Assembly: GCF_963921235.1 (NCBI RefSeq)
Contig: NC_086097.1
Span: 220,846,001 to 220,910,000, forward strand
DNA: 64,000 nt
Reading direction: 5' to 3'
DNA from: Mobula hypostoma
Taxonomy: Eukaryota
Shown: one piece after another, positions 1 through 12,129 of the stretch
Position numbering within the stretch: position 1 is the first letter of the stretch
How the letters are laid out: the number at the start of each line of letters is the position of its first letter
Position numbers and translations under genes: made by a program
The notes under the pieces: model-generated
Told to the model about the DNA's origin: nothing
The model's input: the letters and a program-made list of their open reading frames with translations, nothing else
The model's database searches: none

Positions 1-162
1 CTCTTGTAAACATGCAGCAATAATGTACCTAAAACTTGAAACGTCCACTGTTCATTTTCCTTCATAGATGCTGAGTTCCTCCATCATTTTGTGTTTGTGA
101 GCAGTGAATACCATTCCATTCATCAGGACATACTTTGGGATGTCTTTGGGATTTTTGTGGCT

Positions 163-372
163 GGAGGTCCATGATTAACGGTGTTCAGCAGGGACCCGTA
201 CTCGGACCTCTGCTGTTTGTGATACAGACCGTAAAACTGACATGAGCGAACACATAGATTGGTCGTGTCGTGTTTGCGTAGAAGACTGCCAAAGGATACA
301 GTGGGAAATCAATCATTTGCAGATGAGGATGGAGATGTGGTAGATGGAGTTTAACCCTGCCAAATGTGGGAA
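163..372 (+). mobile_element. Old CR1-clade LINE RT remnant
   Basis: Degenerate GVPQGSVLGPLLF and WQMEFNP-KC type coding sequence, like the other CR1 copies in the window. Confidence 0.55.
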
Positions 373-429
373 CAGGAGTCTCTTACAAGTATGCTCCCCC
401 ACCTTGTTTACAATTGAATTCCAGTTCTT

Positions 430-762
430 ATTTAGTACTGTGCTGTGCCATTGGCTTTTGGGGCGGCCTGGTAAAGAAAGCTATTGAAATGAAAGAATTT
501 TAACAAAGACGAAGGCCTCGCTCTAAGTAAGAACTGGAATTCGATTATAAACAAGGTGGGAGAATGAAAACCTGATCAAATGAGGACTAACCAATCAGGA
601 GGGACGCACAACAGGGGTATTAACACCACCGGCTAGACATGTCCAAGCATCATCCCAGATAAAGATGGCAGAGTCCGTCTTTGAAATGTCGGTTATAATC
701 GATACTTGTACCTGGCTGGCAGCCTGAGATGAGTTTATCCGTCATATACGCTGGGAAAGCTC
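430..762 (+). mobile_element. Penelope-like element 3' end (GIY-YIG C-terminus plus pLTR with decayed hammerhead)
   Basis: Frameshifted RLVKKAIE..NFNKDEGLALSKNWNSII-like end; CCAAT at ~591; decayed hammerhead-like ccagataaagatggc..tgaaatgtcgg at ~655-692. Confidence 0.6.
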
Positions 763-1170
763 TGGAATTAGGCCATTCACTCATCGAGTCTGCTCCACAA
801 TTCAATCATGGCTGACTTAACTATTCAAGAAAGGAAGGAAGCAGGAATTAGGAAACCTACAGCAGTTGGCCTCTCATTTGTTATTGGTAAAATGCTGGGA
901 TCCATTACAAAGAAGCTAACAGCAAAATATTTAATAAATGATAATGCAGTATAGAGAATGTTCATGAGGGTTATTCCTGGAACAAAGGGGTTGGTTGCAA
1001 AAAAATGTGAGCAGAATGGGCCTGCATTCACTGAAGTATAGAAGCAGGAAATATCTTCTTCCTATGTCATCATCAGAATGTTATAGTTCATAAGATTTAA
1101 ATACAAGATTCTGATGGTGAGTGATATAATGAATCTGAAAGGATGCTTTCCCCTAGTACGGGTATCTATA

Positions 1171-2920
1171 ATAGAAACATAGAAAACCTACAGCACAATA
1201 CAGGCCCTTCGTCCCACAAAACTGTGCCAAGCATGTCCTTACTTTAGAAATTACCTAGGGTTACCAATAGCCCACTGTTTTTCTGAGCTTCATGTACCTG
1301 TCCAGGAGTCTCTTAAAAGACCCTACTGTATCCATCTCCACCACCGTCACCAGCAGCCCATTCCACGTACTCACTACTCTCTGTGTAAAAAAATTTACCT
1401 CTGACATCTCCTCTGTACTTACTTCCAAGCACCTTAAAACTGTGTCCTCTTGTGCTAGCCATTTCAGCCCTGGGAAAAAGCATCTGACTATCCACATGTT
1501 CAATGCTTCTCATCATCTTATACACCTCTATCAGGTCACTTCTCACCCTCCGTCGCTCCAAGGAAAAAAGGCCGAGTTCACTCAACCTATTCTCATAAGG
1601 CATACTCCCCAATCCAGGTAATATCCTTGTAAATCTCTTCTGCACCCTTTCTATGGTTTCCACATCCCTCCTATAGTGAGGCGAGCAGAACTGAGCACAG
1701 TACTCCAAGTGGAGTCTGACCATAGTCCTATATAGCTGTAACATTACCTCTCGGCTCCTAAACTCAATCCCACGATTGATGAAGGTCAATGCACCATATG
1801 GTTTCTTAACCACAGAGTCAACCTGTGCAGCAGCTTTGAGTGTCTTATGGACTTGGGACCCCAAGATCCCTCTGATCCTCCACACTGCCAAGAGTCTTAC
1901 CATTAATACTATATTCTGTCATCATATTTGACCTACCAAAATGAACCACCTCACACTTATCTGGGTTGCACTCCATCTGCCACTTCTCAGCCCAGTTTTG
2001 CATCCTATCAATGTTCCCCTGTAACCTGTGACAGCCCTCCACACTATGCACAACACCCCCAACCTTTGTGTCATCAGCAAATTTACTAACCCATCCCTCA
2101 GCTTGTTCACCAGGTCATTTATAAAAATGGCGAAGAGTAGGGGTCCCAGAACAAACCTCTGAGGCACACCATTGGTGACTGCCCGCCATGCAGAATATGA
2201 CCTGTCTACAACCACTCTTTGCCTTCTGTGGGCAAGCCTGTTCTGGATCCACAAAACAATGTCCCCTTGGATCCCATGCCTCCTTACTTTTTCAATAAAC
2301 CTTGCATGGGGTACCTTGTCAAATGCTTTACTGAAATCCATGTACACTACATCTACTGCTCAACCTTCATTAATGTGTTTAGTCGGATCCTCAAAAAATT
2401 CAGTCAGGCTTGTAAGGCACAACCTGCCTTTGACAAAGCCATGCTGACTATTCCTAATCATATTATGCCCCTCCAAATGTTCATAAACCTTGCCACTCAG
2501 GATCTTCTCCATCAACTTACCAACCACTGAAGTAAGACTCACTGATCTATAATTTCCTGGGCTATCTCTACTCCCTTTCTTGAATAAGGGAACAACTTCC
2601 GCAACCCTCCAATCCTCCGGAACCTCTTCCGTCCCCATTGATGATGCAAAGATCATCGCCAGAGGCTCAGCAATCTCCTCCCTTGCCTCCCACAGTAGTC
2701 TGGGGGTACATCTCATCCGGTCCCGGTGACTTATCCAACTTGATGCTTTCCTAAAGCTCCAGCATATCCTCTTTCTTAATATCTACATACTCAAGCTTTT
2801 CAGTCCGCTGTAAGTCATCCCTACAATCGTCAAGATCCTTTTCCATAGTGAATACTGAAGCAAAGTACTCATTAAGTACCTTTGCTATCTCCTCTGGTTC
2901 CATACACAGTTTTCCACTGC
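1171..2920 (-). mobile_element. CR1-clade LINE, 5'-truncated, relatively young, inserted in an older + strand CR1 remnant (~826-1170, ~2941-3235)
   Basis: ORFs 2360-2716, 1922-2347 and 1313-1903 with PEDWRVA, DFSKAFDKVPH, GVPQ and HLEYCAQF motifs; (TTTCTATG)-type tail at ~1171-1185. Confidence 0.92.
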
Positions 2921-3499
2921 TACATACCTCCTCATATTCAGGGGTCTATTTTTAGAATAATGATTTGCCTATTTTTAAATGATTGTGAGGAGGAATTTCT
3001 TCTCAGAGGATCTGGAATATTTGGTATTCTCTATTCCAGAGAGCTGAGGAGGCAGACATTAAATAAATTTAAAGACAGGGATTCACAGGTATTAAAATTC
3101 CATACGAGTCAAGGGGTTTAGGAAGGGTGAAGAAAATAGTACTGGACCAAGATTAGATTAACCATGACATTATGGAATGGTGGAGCAAGCAGGAGAAGTG
3201 AATTAGTCTCCGTGCTCATTTTTATTCTGTTCATATGTAAGAAATTCGTTCAAAATTACTTAATAATGGCTGTAGGCACCCAACTAAGTGTTTTTTTTTA
3301 AACTATTTTACCTTGTCACTGATTTTGGAGATTAACATTCCTTTGCTATTCCAATTACAGTAAAACTCCAGTAACCTGGCATACTTGAGACTTCGATAGT
3401 GCTGGACTAATAGATTAGGTGTTATTGTTTATACTCCAACAACATTTAATTCAGATCTTTCTAGACGTTATGCATTACAATAGTATATTTTGCAGCAAA

Positions 3500-4115
3500 A
3501 CTGGTAAGTTTGTGAACAGTTTTGGACTCCTATATAAGAAAAGGTGTGCCTCCATTGGAGAGGGCATAGACGAGGTTCACAAAAATGATTCCTGGAATGA
3601 AAGTTAACATATAGCTTTGGGACTAAACTCACTGGAGTTTAGAAGAATGAAGGGGAATAATGGAAGGCCTTAGATAGTGTGGATATGGAGAGGATTTTTC
3701 CTATTGTATATGAGTCTGGGATCACAGGGCTCAGTCTCGGAATACAGCAGGGGTTCCCAAACTGTTTTATGCCATGGACCAATACCATTAAGCAAGGGGT
3801 CCATGGGTCCCAGGTTGGGAACCCCTGGAATAGAGGGATAAACCTTTAGAACAGAGATGAGCAGGAATTTCTTTAGCCCGGGGGAGGCGAATCTGTGGAA
3901 TTCATTGCCACAGACAGCTGTGGAGGCCAAATCATTAGATATATTTAAAGCAGAGGTTGATAAGTTCTTGATTAGAACCTATCAAAGTGTCAAAGTTTAT
4001 GGAGAGAAGGCAGGAGAATGGGATTGAGAGGGATAATAAATCAGCCATGATGGAATGGCGGAGCAGACTCAATGGGCCAAATGGCTTCATTCTGATCCTA
4101 TGTCTTATGATCTTG
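3500..4115 (+). mobile_element. CR1 3' fragment
   Basis: VNLWNSLP..AVEAKS coding remnant and the conserved CR1 3'UTR (cagccatgatggaatggcggagcagactc). Confidence 0.8.
3748..3827. mobile_element. 80-bp hAT-type MITE
   Basis: TIRs caggggttcccaa / ttgggaacccctg; 8-bp TSD gaatacag (3740-3747) / gaatagag (3828-3835). Confidence 0.85.
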
Positions 4116-5516
4116 TGGTTTAAAGAGAGTGGAGGAAACAGAATTAGGTGGGTTACAGAGAGTATAGCACCTGGGTTCCTGCTTTATCACTCTGGTGGGG
4201 GTGGGAGGGAGTATACATGAGAGGCAATGGCGCAATGTTGACCAAGTGACACTAAACGTATAATGAGTTTTGCACTGGTTTTCTTTTTGTGTACTATCTT
4301 ATTGTGCATAAAGTTTAATTTTGAAATTAAAAAATTACTGTGGTCCTTGTGAGTGAAAGGGAATACAGAAACTGAGGCCCTAGTGAATGGAAGGGAGTGT
4401 TAGGGAGCAAGGAATCAGCATTCTGTGACCAGATGACAAGCCATTAAAATTTCCTAATATTGGATAACAGATTATCAGACTCATACTGTGGTTTGTTATA
4501 TAATGTAAAATGCATAAAAACAGCTGGGACCTCTTTTAGAATTGTTGCATGTTATCAGTTGTTAGTATATTCTTTTGTTCATTCTGTTTCTGTGGTGGAA
4601 ACGCCTCATAAGAAATCCTGCTTTGCACAATGTATGTTGTTCTATAAATAAAGTGCCTTAATTTGTTTATTGAAATTACAACATCTTTTTGATTAAGGAA
4701 AAACAAAGGAGTATACTTGCATCTCTTATATTTAAAATATCTTTATTCACCTAACAAGCTTTTCTCGATACAATGAAAGATACTACGAATCAATGTCATG
4801 CTGGTTGTTTCCATGGCTTCTCGTTTCTCTTTAGTCTGAGAGCAGAAATTGCATGTAGTGCTTGGGTGAGGCACGATCTCAGCACAATACAACATCAATC
4901 ATCATGACACTTTCAGACTGCTTTGATAGCATGACCTAATTGTTCTCTTTATTAATTCCAATATCACTTCTAATGTTTCCCTGGATAGTTCAGCTCAGGT
5001 TTGGGGAGTAGATTCATATTCAAATTCATTCCTTTATCACATGTACATCGAAACATACAGTGCATGTGTGATTTGCGTTAACAACCAACAGAAACTAGAG
5101 ATGCTCTAGGAGCAGCCGCAAATGTCACTGCATGTTTCGGTACCAGTGAAGCATGCCCACCAGGGTAGTGCATTTTTTTCCTTCTAAGTATAATGCATTT
5201 TATCCTTTATAAGTATTTTACATACAGTGCCCGCAAGAAAATGAATCCCAGGGTAGTATATTGTGACATACAGTATATGTCCTTTGATAATAAATTTATT
5301 GGAAGTTTTGAACTTTGAACATTTATGTGTCATCTTACAAATTTTATGTGTCCTTTCCTTTTTCAGGCTTCTCCTAACTATTTCTGATTTAACCCTCTTA
5401 TCAATTACACTTCATTTTTAATTTTTGAGCATAAGTTAGTGAATAAGAGGTAATATGAATTCTAACAATCAATGCTTGCATAACATGATGACTCTAGTAA
5501 CTTCTTGGGCCCAGGC

Positions 5517-6148
5517 AAATAGTTTGTAAGATATTACAAAGACTTAAAAAAGATTCATGAGAATGATCCCAGGAATGAAAGGGTTAATGTATGAGGAGCA
5601 TTTGATGACTCTGGGCCTCTACTCACTGAAGTTTAGAAGAATGAGAGGGGATCTCATTGAAACCGATCGTATATTGAAAGGCTTAGATAGAGCAGATGTG
5701 GAGAGGATATTTCCTCTGATGTCTAGGATCAGAAGGAACTGCCTCAGAATAAAAACATGTCCCGTTATGTGAGGAAGAACTTCTTTAGGCAGAGGTTGAT
5801 GAATCTGTGGAATTCATTGCCACAGGCAGCTATGGAGGCAAAGTCATTAGGTTTATTTAGAGCAGAGGTGGATAGGTTCTTGATTAGTAAGGGAGGGATA
5901 ATAAATCAGCCATGATGGAATGTCACAGCAGACTCGACGGGCCGCATGGCCTCATTCTGCTCTTCTGTCTTCTGGCCCTATGTTGATTCCATTAAGTTTA
6001 TGTTCCTGACTTTCATAATTTTAAGTAATGTTCATTTAAAAAAAATTCAGAGTCCATCTGCTTCATCGGAAAATGTACAAGTTGACTGATCAGAGAATTT
6101 TGTGTTCTTAAACAATTTTGACTCCTAAGTTATGATAATACTAGCTAA
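5517..6148 (+). repeat. Left copy of a 632-bp direct duplication flanking an L1 (contains a CR1 3' fragment plus unique DNA)
   Basis: Matches 8134-8765 with 4 substitutions seen by eye and no indels. Confidence 0.95.
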
Positions 6149-8133
6149 ATCCATCCCGGCTGTTTTAGAGCTATTAGCACAATTTGGTCTTTTTCAGGTT
6201 ATAAATTAAATCTTAGTAAGAGTGAACTCTTTCCGATTAATAAACAACTTCCCTTATATTATAAATTTCCATTTAAATTGATTAATAATTATTTTTCATA
6301 TCTTGGGATTAAAATTACTTGTAAATACAAAGATTTATTTAAGACTAACTTTTTACCATTAATAGAATATATTACTCAACTTTCATCTAAATGGTTTCCT
6401 TTATATTTAACTTTGATTGGTCGTATTAATGCGGTTAAGATGTTTTTTTTGCCAAAATTTTTATATGTGTTTCAGGCATTACCAATTTTCGTTCCAAAAT
6501 CTTTTTTTGATAAAGTTGACTCTAAAATTTCTTCATTTATTTGGCAGAATAAGAATCCGAGACTGGGTAAAATACATTTACAGAAAGCTAAGAGAGATGG
6601 AGGTTTAGCATTACCTAACTTTAGATTCTATTATTGGGCTATTAATATTCGACATATGAAATTTTGGTTACTTGACCAGGACATACTATCTATTCCTAAA
6701 TGGGTAGCATTGGAATTACAATCTGTTCAGGGTTATACACTTGGTTCTATTTTAGGCTCCTCTCTCCCTTTTGATTCGAAACGTCTTAAGCAGGTCTCTA
6801 ACCCGATAGTTAAATATGCTTTGCGCATTTGGTTTCAATTCAGAAAATTTTTTGATCTTAATCAATTCGGGTTAGCGATTCCTATTTTAGGTAACATATT
6901 TTTTCCTCCCTCTTTTACGGATTGCGCTTTTCAAACTTGGAAGACTAGGGGTATTTTACGGTTTTTGGATTTATTTTTAGATGGTTCCCTTATGTCTTTT
7001 GAACAATTATCTAATAAATATAACTTATCAAGAATACATTTTTTTAGATATTTACAAGTTAGAAATTTCCTAAGTACTATACTTTCTTCCTTTCCAATGC
7101 TTTCCAATACATATATTTTAGATTCGATAATTAACCTTAATCCATGTCAGAAAGGTGCATCGGCTATGATTTATAATATTATTATGAAACTTAGGAAAGC
7201 TCCATTTGATAAGATTAGGGTAGATTGGGAACAGGAATTGGGGCTTACCATTTCTGTGGATGATTGGGGGCAGATTTTACAATTAGTTAATACTTCCTCT
7301 ATTTGTGCTAAACATTCCCTAATTCAATTTAAAGTGGTTCATAGAGCACATATGTCCAAAGATAAGTTAGCGCGTTTTTATTCGCATATTAATCCTTTCT
7401 GTGATAGATGTTCGGGGCAGATAGCCTCTTTAACTCATATGTTTTGGTCTTGCCCTACTTTGGAAACTTTTTGGAGAGATATTTTCAATATTATTTCTAA
7501 GGTATTAAATATAGATATCTCTCCTCACCCTATTACTGCTATCTTTGGACTACCTAAAATTTCTAGTAATCTTTCCCCTTCAGCCCATAGAATGATTGCA
7601 TTTCTTACTTTAATGGCGAAAAGATGTATTTTACAACATTGGAAAGAGCTTAATGCTCCAACTACCTTTTTTTGGTTTTCTCAGACGATTTTATGTTTGA
7701 ATTTGGAGAAAATTAGAAGTAACCTTTATGAGTCTTCATTTAAATTTGAACAGATTTGGGGACCTTTTATTCGATATTTTCATTTAATGTAATATTTACC
7801 CTTCTTGTTTTTTTTTCACTGTTTTTAATGGAGGTCGGGATTGAGGACGTGATTTTAAGTTTAACTCTGTTTGGTTTCAAGTTAGCCCATTGCTTTGCCT
7901 TGCTTTTAGTTAGCTGCACGGTGGGTTTTTTTTTGGGGGTTTTTTTTTCTTTTTTTTCCATTGATATATATAAAATTTAGTATACTATTATGTTATCTTG
8001 GTTTCTTATGTTTAAATTACATTGTTTGTAGTATTTTCTTTTTGGTATTGATATCTTTTGGAATTTTATTATACTTTAACATTGTATTAATGTTTATATG
8101 GCTTACCTTTTTTGTATACTTAATAAAAAGATT
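6149..8133 (+). mobile_element. L1-clade LINE, 5'-truncated, young
   Basis: ORF2 C-terminal part (YLGI, GRINAVKM, GGLALPNF, CDRC..LTHMFWSC), T-rich 3'UTR, end taataaaaagatt. Confidence 0.92.
6278..7792 (+). CDS. L1 ORF2 C-terminal portion (RT thumb to Cys-rich domain); uninterrupted 504 codons but 5'-truncated
   Basis: ORF track; L1 ORF2 motifs; a frameshift and truncation upstream remove the catalytic YADD. Confidence 0.8.
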   Translation: MINNYFSYLGIKITCKYKDLFKTNFLPLIEYITQLSSKWFPLYLTLIGRINAVKMFFLPKFLYVFQALPIFVPKSFFDKVDSKISSFIWQNKNPRLGKIHLQKAKRDGGLALPNFRFYYWAINIRHMKFWLLDQDILSIPKWVALELQSVQGYTLGSILGSSLPFDSKRLKQVSNPIVKYALRIWFQFRKFFDLNQFGLAIPILGNIFFPPSFTDCAFQTWKTRGILRFLDLFLDGSLMSFEQLSNKYNLSRIHFFRYLQVRNFLSTILSSFPMLSNTYILDSIINLNPCQKGASAMIYNIIMKLRKAPFDKIRVDWEQELGLTISVDDWGQILQLVNTSSICAKHSLIQFKVVHRAHMSKDKLARFYSHINPFCDRCSGQIASLTHMFWSCPTLETFWRDIFNIISKVLNIDISPHPITAIFGLPKISSNLSPSAHRMIAFLTLMAKRCILQHWKELNAPTTFFWFSQTILCLNLEKIRSNLYESSFKFEQIWGPFIRYFHLM

Positions 8134-8765
8134 AAATAGTTTGTAAGATATTACAAAGACTTAAAAAAGATTCATGAGAATGATCCCAGGAATGAAAGGG
8201 TTAATGTATGAGGAGCGTTTGATGACTCTGGGCCTCTACTCACTGAAGTTTAGAAGAATGAGAGGGGATCTCATTGAAACCTATCGTATATTGAAAGGCT
8301 TAGATAGAGCAGATGTGGAGAGGATATTTCCTCTGATGTCTAAGATCAGAAGGAACTGCCTCAGAATAAAAACATGTCCCGTTATGTGAGGAAGAACTTC
8401 TTTAGGCAGAGGTTGATGAATCTGTGGAATTCATTGCCACAGGCAGCTATGGAGGCAAAGTCATTAGGTTTATTTAGAGCAGAGGTGGATAGGTTCTTGA
8501 TTAGTAAGGGAGGGATAATAAATCAGCCATGATGGAATGTCACAGCAGACTCGACGGGCCGCATGGCCTCATTCTGCTCTTCTGTCTTCTGGCCCTATGT
8601 TGATTCCATTAAGTTTATGTTCCTGACTTTCATAATTTTAAGTAATGTTCATTTAAAAAAAATTCAGAGTCCATCTGCTTCATCGGAAAATGTACAAGTT
8701 GACTGATCAGAGAATTTTGTGTTCTTAAACAATTTTGACTACTAAGTTATGATAATACTAGCTAA
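8134..8765 (+). repeat. Right copy of the 632-bp direct duplication
   Basis: Starts immediately after the L1 3' end; near-identical to 5517-6148. Confidence 0.95.
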
Positions 8766-9179
8766 GTTATTTTCAAATTTTGTTCCTGATTATTAATTCC
8801 AGTAGCATTCCAACTTTTGAAGAGAACATCTTTCATTGTGCAGTGTGAAATAACTATCTTAGTAAAAACTGAAGATGAAGAACGGATCCAATTGGTACAA
8901 ACTTGCAGAAGTATAGTGAGCCCTTGGCAGCAGAACTGTTTACATTTGTAATTAATGATTTCATGGTGCAGCACATTCTTCCTCGATTACAGCAAAGCAA
9001 GGAGACAATCCAGTTTCTGTTTGGCAGAAAGTATCAGATGAGCATTTGAAAATTAATTGACGTTACAACATAGGTCTACGTATATTCTAAACACTGAAAG
9101 CAGATAGATAACGCCTGAGGAACAAGAAGAAATAGTTTCATGTCAAAGTCAAAGTAAATTTATTATCAAAGTACAAACA

Positions 9180-9717
9180 CACTCAGTGGTTACTTTATTA
9201 GGTACACGTGTATACCTGCTCATTAATGCAAATATATAAACAGCCAATCATGTGGCAGCAACTTAATGCATAAATGCATCCAGACATGGTTAAGAGGTTC
9301 AGCTATTGTTCAGACCAAACATCAGAATGGGGGAAGAAATGCGACTTAAGTAACTTTGACTGTGGAATGTTTGTTGGTGCCAGACAGGGTGGTTTGAGTA
9401 TCTCAGAAACTGCTGATCTCTAGGGATTTTCATGCACAGCAGTCTCAAGAGTTTACAGAGAATGATGTGAAAAGCAACAAAAAATAACATCCAGTGAGTG
9501 GGCAAAAACACCTTGTTAATGAGAGAGGTCAGAAGCGAATGGCCAGATTGGTTCAAGCTGGAAGGCAACAGTAACTCAAGTAACCATGTGTTACAACAGT
9601 GGTGTGCAAAGGAGCATCTCTGAATGCACAAAACATCGAACCTTGAAGTGGATGGGCTACAGTAGTAGAAGATCATGAACATATACTCAGTGGCTACTTT
9701 ATTAGGTACACGAGGTA
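9180..9717 (+). mobile_element. Non-autonomous Tc1-derived element, copy 1
   Basis: Tc1-type end cactcagtggttactttattaggtacac; decayed N-terminal transposase MGK..DLS.FD.GM.VGAR..GLSISETADL. Confidence 0.85.
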
Positions 9718-10606
9718 GGCAGAGGTACATAAACTCTGAAAAACAATCAATGTGCAAAAGAAGACAAAGTTTACAATTAAAAATTAAAAATAAAATAAAT
9801 AATGCTGAGAACATGAGTTGTAGGGTCCTTGAAAGTAAGCCTGTAGATTATGGAATCAGTGCGGAGTTCAGGTGAGTGAAGTTATCCAGGCTGGTTCAGG
9901 AGACTGATGGTTGCAGGGTAATTGTTCTTGAATCTAGTGGTGTGGGACCTAAGGCTTCTGTACCTCCTGCTCAATGGTAGAAGCAAAAAGAGAACATGGC
10001 TTGGATGTTGGTGTTCCTTAATGATGGATGCTGCTTTCTTATGCCAGCACTCCTTGTAAATGTACTCAGTGGTAGAGAGGGCTTTACCTGTGATGGACTG
10101 GGCTGTACCCACCACATTCTGTAGACTTTTCTGCTCCTGGACATTGGTATCTCTGTGTACCTGGTTAGGATACTCTCTCTGTACATCTCTAGAAGTGTGT
10201 CAAAGCTTTAGATGACATGCCAAATTTCACAAATTTTTAAGAACGTAGGGGAGCTGTCACACCCCTCCAGGACTGATATGATAATGCCAAGGACTGTAAG
10301 GTTACTGACCTCCAATTTCCTAATGAGGACTGACTCATGAACCTCTGGTTTCCTCCTCCTGAAGACAGTAATTAGCTCTTTGATTTTGCTGATGTTGACT
10401 GAGGGGTTGTTGCAATTGCACCTTTCAACCAGACTTTCATTCTCCCTCCTATATGCTGATTCATTACCACCTTTGTTTTGGCCTACAACAGTGGTGTTGT
10501 CACTAAACTTAAGTTTGGCATTGGAGCTATACTTAGCGACAAGTCATAGGTATTAAGAGAGTAGAGCAGGGTGCTAAGCACAGTCTTGTGGTTTCTCTGT
10601 GCTCAT

Positions 10607-10776
10607 GGTGATTGTGGTGGAGGTGTTGTTGCCAATTTGTACTGACTGGGGTCGGAAAGTAAGGAAATTGTGGATCCAGTTGCACAGGGAGGTGATCGTG
10701 GTGGAGGTGTTGTTGCCAATTTGTACTGACTGGGGTCGGAAAGTAAGGAAATTGTGGATCCAGTTGCACAGGGAGG
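10607..10776. repeat. 84-bp tandem duplication within the Rex1 remnant
   Basis: Two near-identical units starting at 10607 and 10691; 28-aa repeat visible in the ORF track. Confidence 0.9.
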
Positions 10777-10986
10777 ATTGAGGCCTAGGCTTTGGAGCTT
10801 ATGAATTCAACATTAATGAAACTCAACCTATTTGTGCAAGGTAAACTGTGGTAATAGTGATAACAAAGATCGTTGGTTTCTACAACAGGCATGAAATCCA
10901 CCTTTCAGGTTATAGCTCTAATTCTTCAGATGTTCCAAACATATGCTCATTGTGGATCAATCTTCTGAACTGTATGTAAATCATTT

Positions 10987-11353
10987 AGGAGCAACACCTC
11001 ATATACCGTCTAGGTAGTCTCCAGCCCCTTGTTATGAACATAGAATTCTCCAACTTCCGGTAATTCCCTTCCCCTCCCTTCCTCTATCCCTATTTCACTC
11101 TGCCCCCTCCCCCAGCTCCCTCATGGTTCCGCCTCCTCCTTCTACTATCCATTGTTTTCAGGGCTATGACGTCAATGCTTCCCCTCCCCCACCACTTTGT
11201 CTTTCAACTGATGCTACAAGCATTCTTCAAATCCTTCCCCATCTTTCATTCTTCAGTCCTGATGAAGGGTTCCGGCCCGAAACGTCGACTCATCATTTCT
11301 GACTGATGCTGCCTGACCTGCGGAGTTCATCCAGCGTACTGAAAGTGTTGCTC
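10987..11353 (+). mobile_element. Penelope-like 3' fragment with 12-bp TSD
   Basis: EQHLIYRLGSLQPLVMNIEFSNFR* GIY-YIG C-terminus; TSD tgtaaatcattt at 10975-10986 and 11354-11365. Confidence 0.88.
11255..11290 (+). ncRNA. Minimal type I hammerhead ribozyme (Penelope pLTR)
   Basis: AGTC-CTGATGA-a-GGGttccggCCC-GAAA-CG-TC-GACT: stem I AGTC/GACT, intact core, palindromic ACGT stem III. Confidence 0.8.
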
Positions 11354-12129
11354 TGTAAATCATTTCAGTATCTCATACTAATATCAGCCTGATTGACAGT
11401 TTTGTACTGAATTGAATTGGTGGGTTACATGCTGGGGTGTTGAGGGTGATGGTGTGCTATGGGGGTGACATTCTGGATGTTGTTTGATGAATGAAGAGGG
11501 GCAAGAGGAGTATCAGTGGGATAGGACTTTTGTACTGATGATCATAAATCAGTTATATTTAGCATTGTTATGGACAATTTCAAAGATTAGATACTACAAT
11601 AGAGTAAGGCAAGTTTCACTAGGCTGGAAGTGATATTGCTGAAGAAGGCAGGAAACAGTTATTTGAAGGTAACTTCAGACCAGAACAATGGGAGTCGTCT
11701 ATGAAGGAAGTTCAAGAGGTTCAGGATAAATGAAAATTTAAAAAAAAAACAGTGGTGGCTGGGAATCTGAACTAAAATAGAAAATGCTCTAAATACTCAG
11801 CTAGAGCTAGAGAAACAGTTAACGTTTTATGCCTGAGACTCGTCATGAGAACTGGAAAGAGAATCAGTCTTAAACTGCAGAAAAGTTAGGAGAAGGATGG
11901 AAGTAACAGGGAACAGCTCCATTAGGGTGGCTTTGGTAATACTTTTTTGTCAGTGCTACGTGTTGTTAATAGCTGGGTTACAACATGACCAGTAGATCAG
12001 GATGTATACAGGTGGACACTTTCTTTTCCTTCCTTCCTTCCTTCCTCTTTTAAACATGTTCCCACACAGAAAATGGCTGGTATGCTAAAGATGGAGTTTA
12101 TCTCACCCATCAATACTGCCGAATGCCTA

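Larger units (their letters stand above)
9143..10800 (-). mobile_element. Rex1/Babar-type LINE 3' remnant
   Basis: ORF 9882-10115 ending HVLFLLLPLSRRYRSLRSHTTRFKNNYPATISLLN, a typical Rex1 C-terminus; aataaatttactttgactttga tail on the minus strand. Confidence 0.75.

Noticed and set aside
5517..8765. Duplication explained as two independent CR1 insertions
   Set aside because: Identity extends through ~200 bp of non-repeat DNA and ends exactly at the L1 boundaries
10533..10781. Repeat-containing peptides or a CRISPR-like array
   Set aside because: Simple two-unit tandem duplication with no spacers; eukaryotic context and no cas genes
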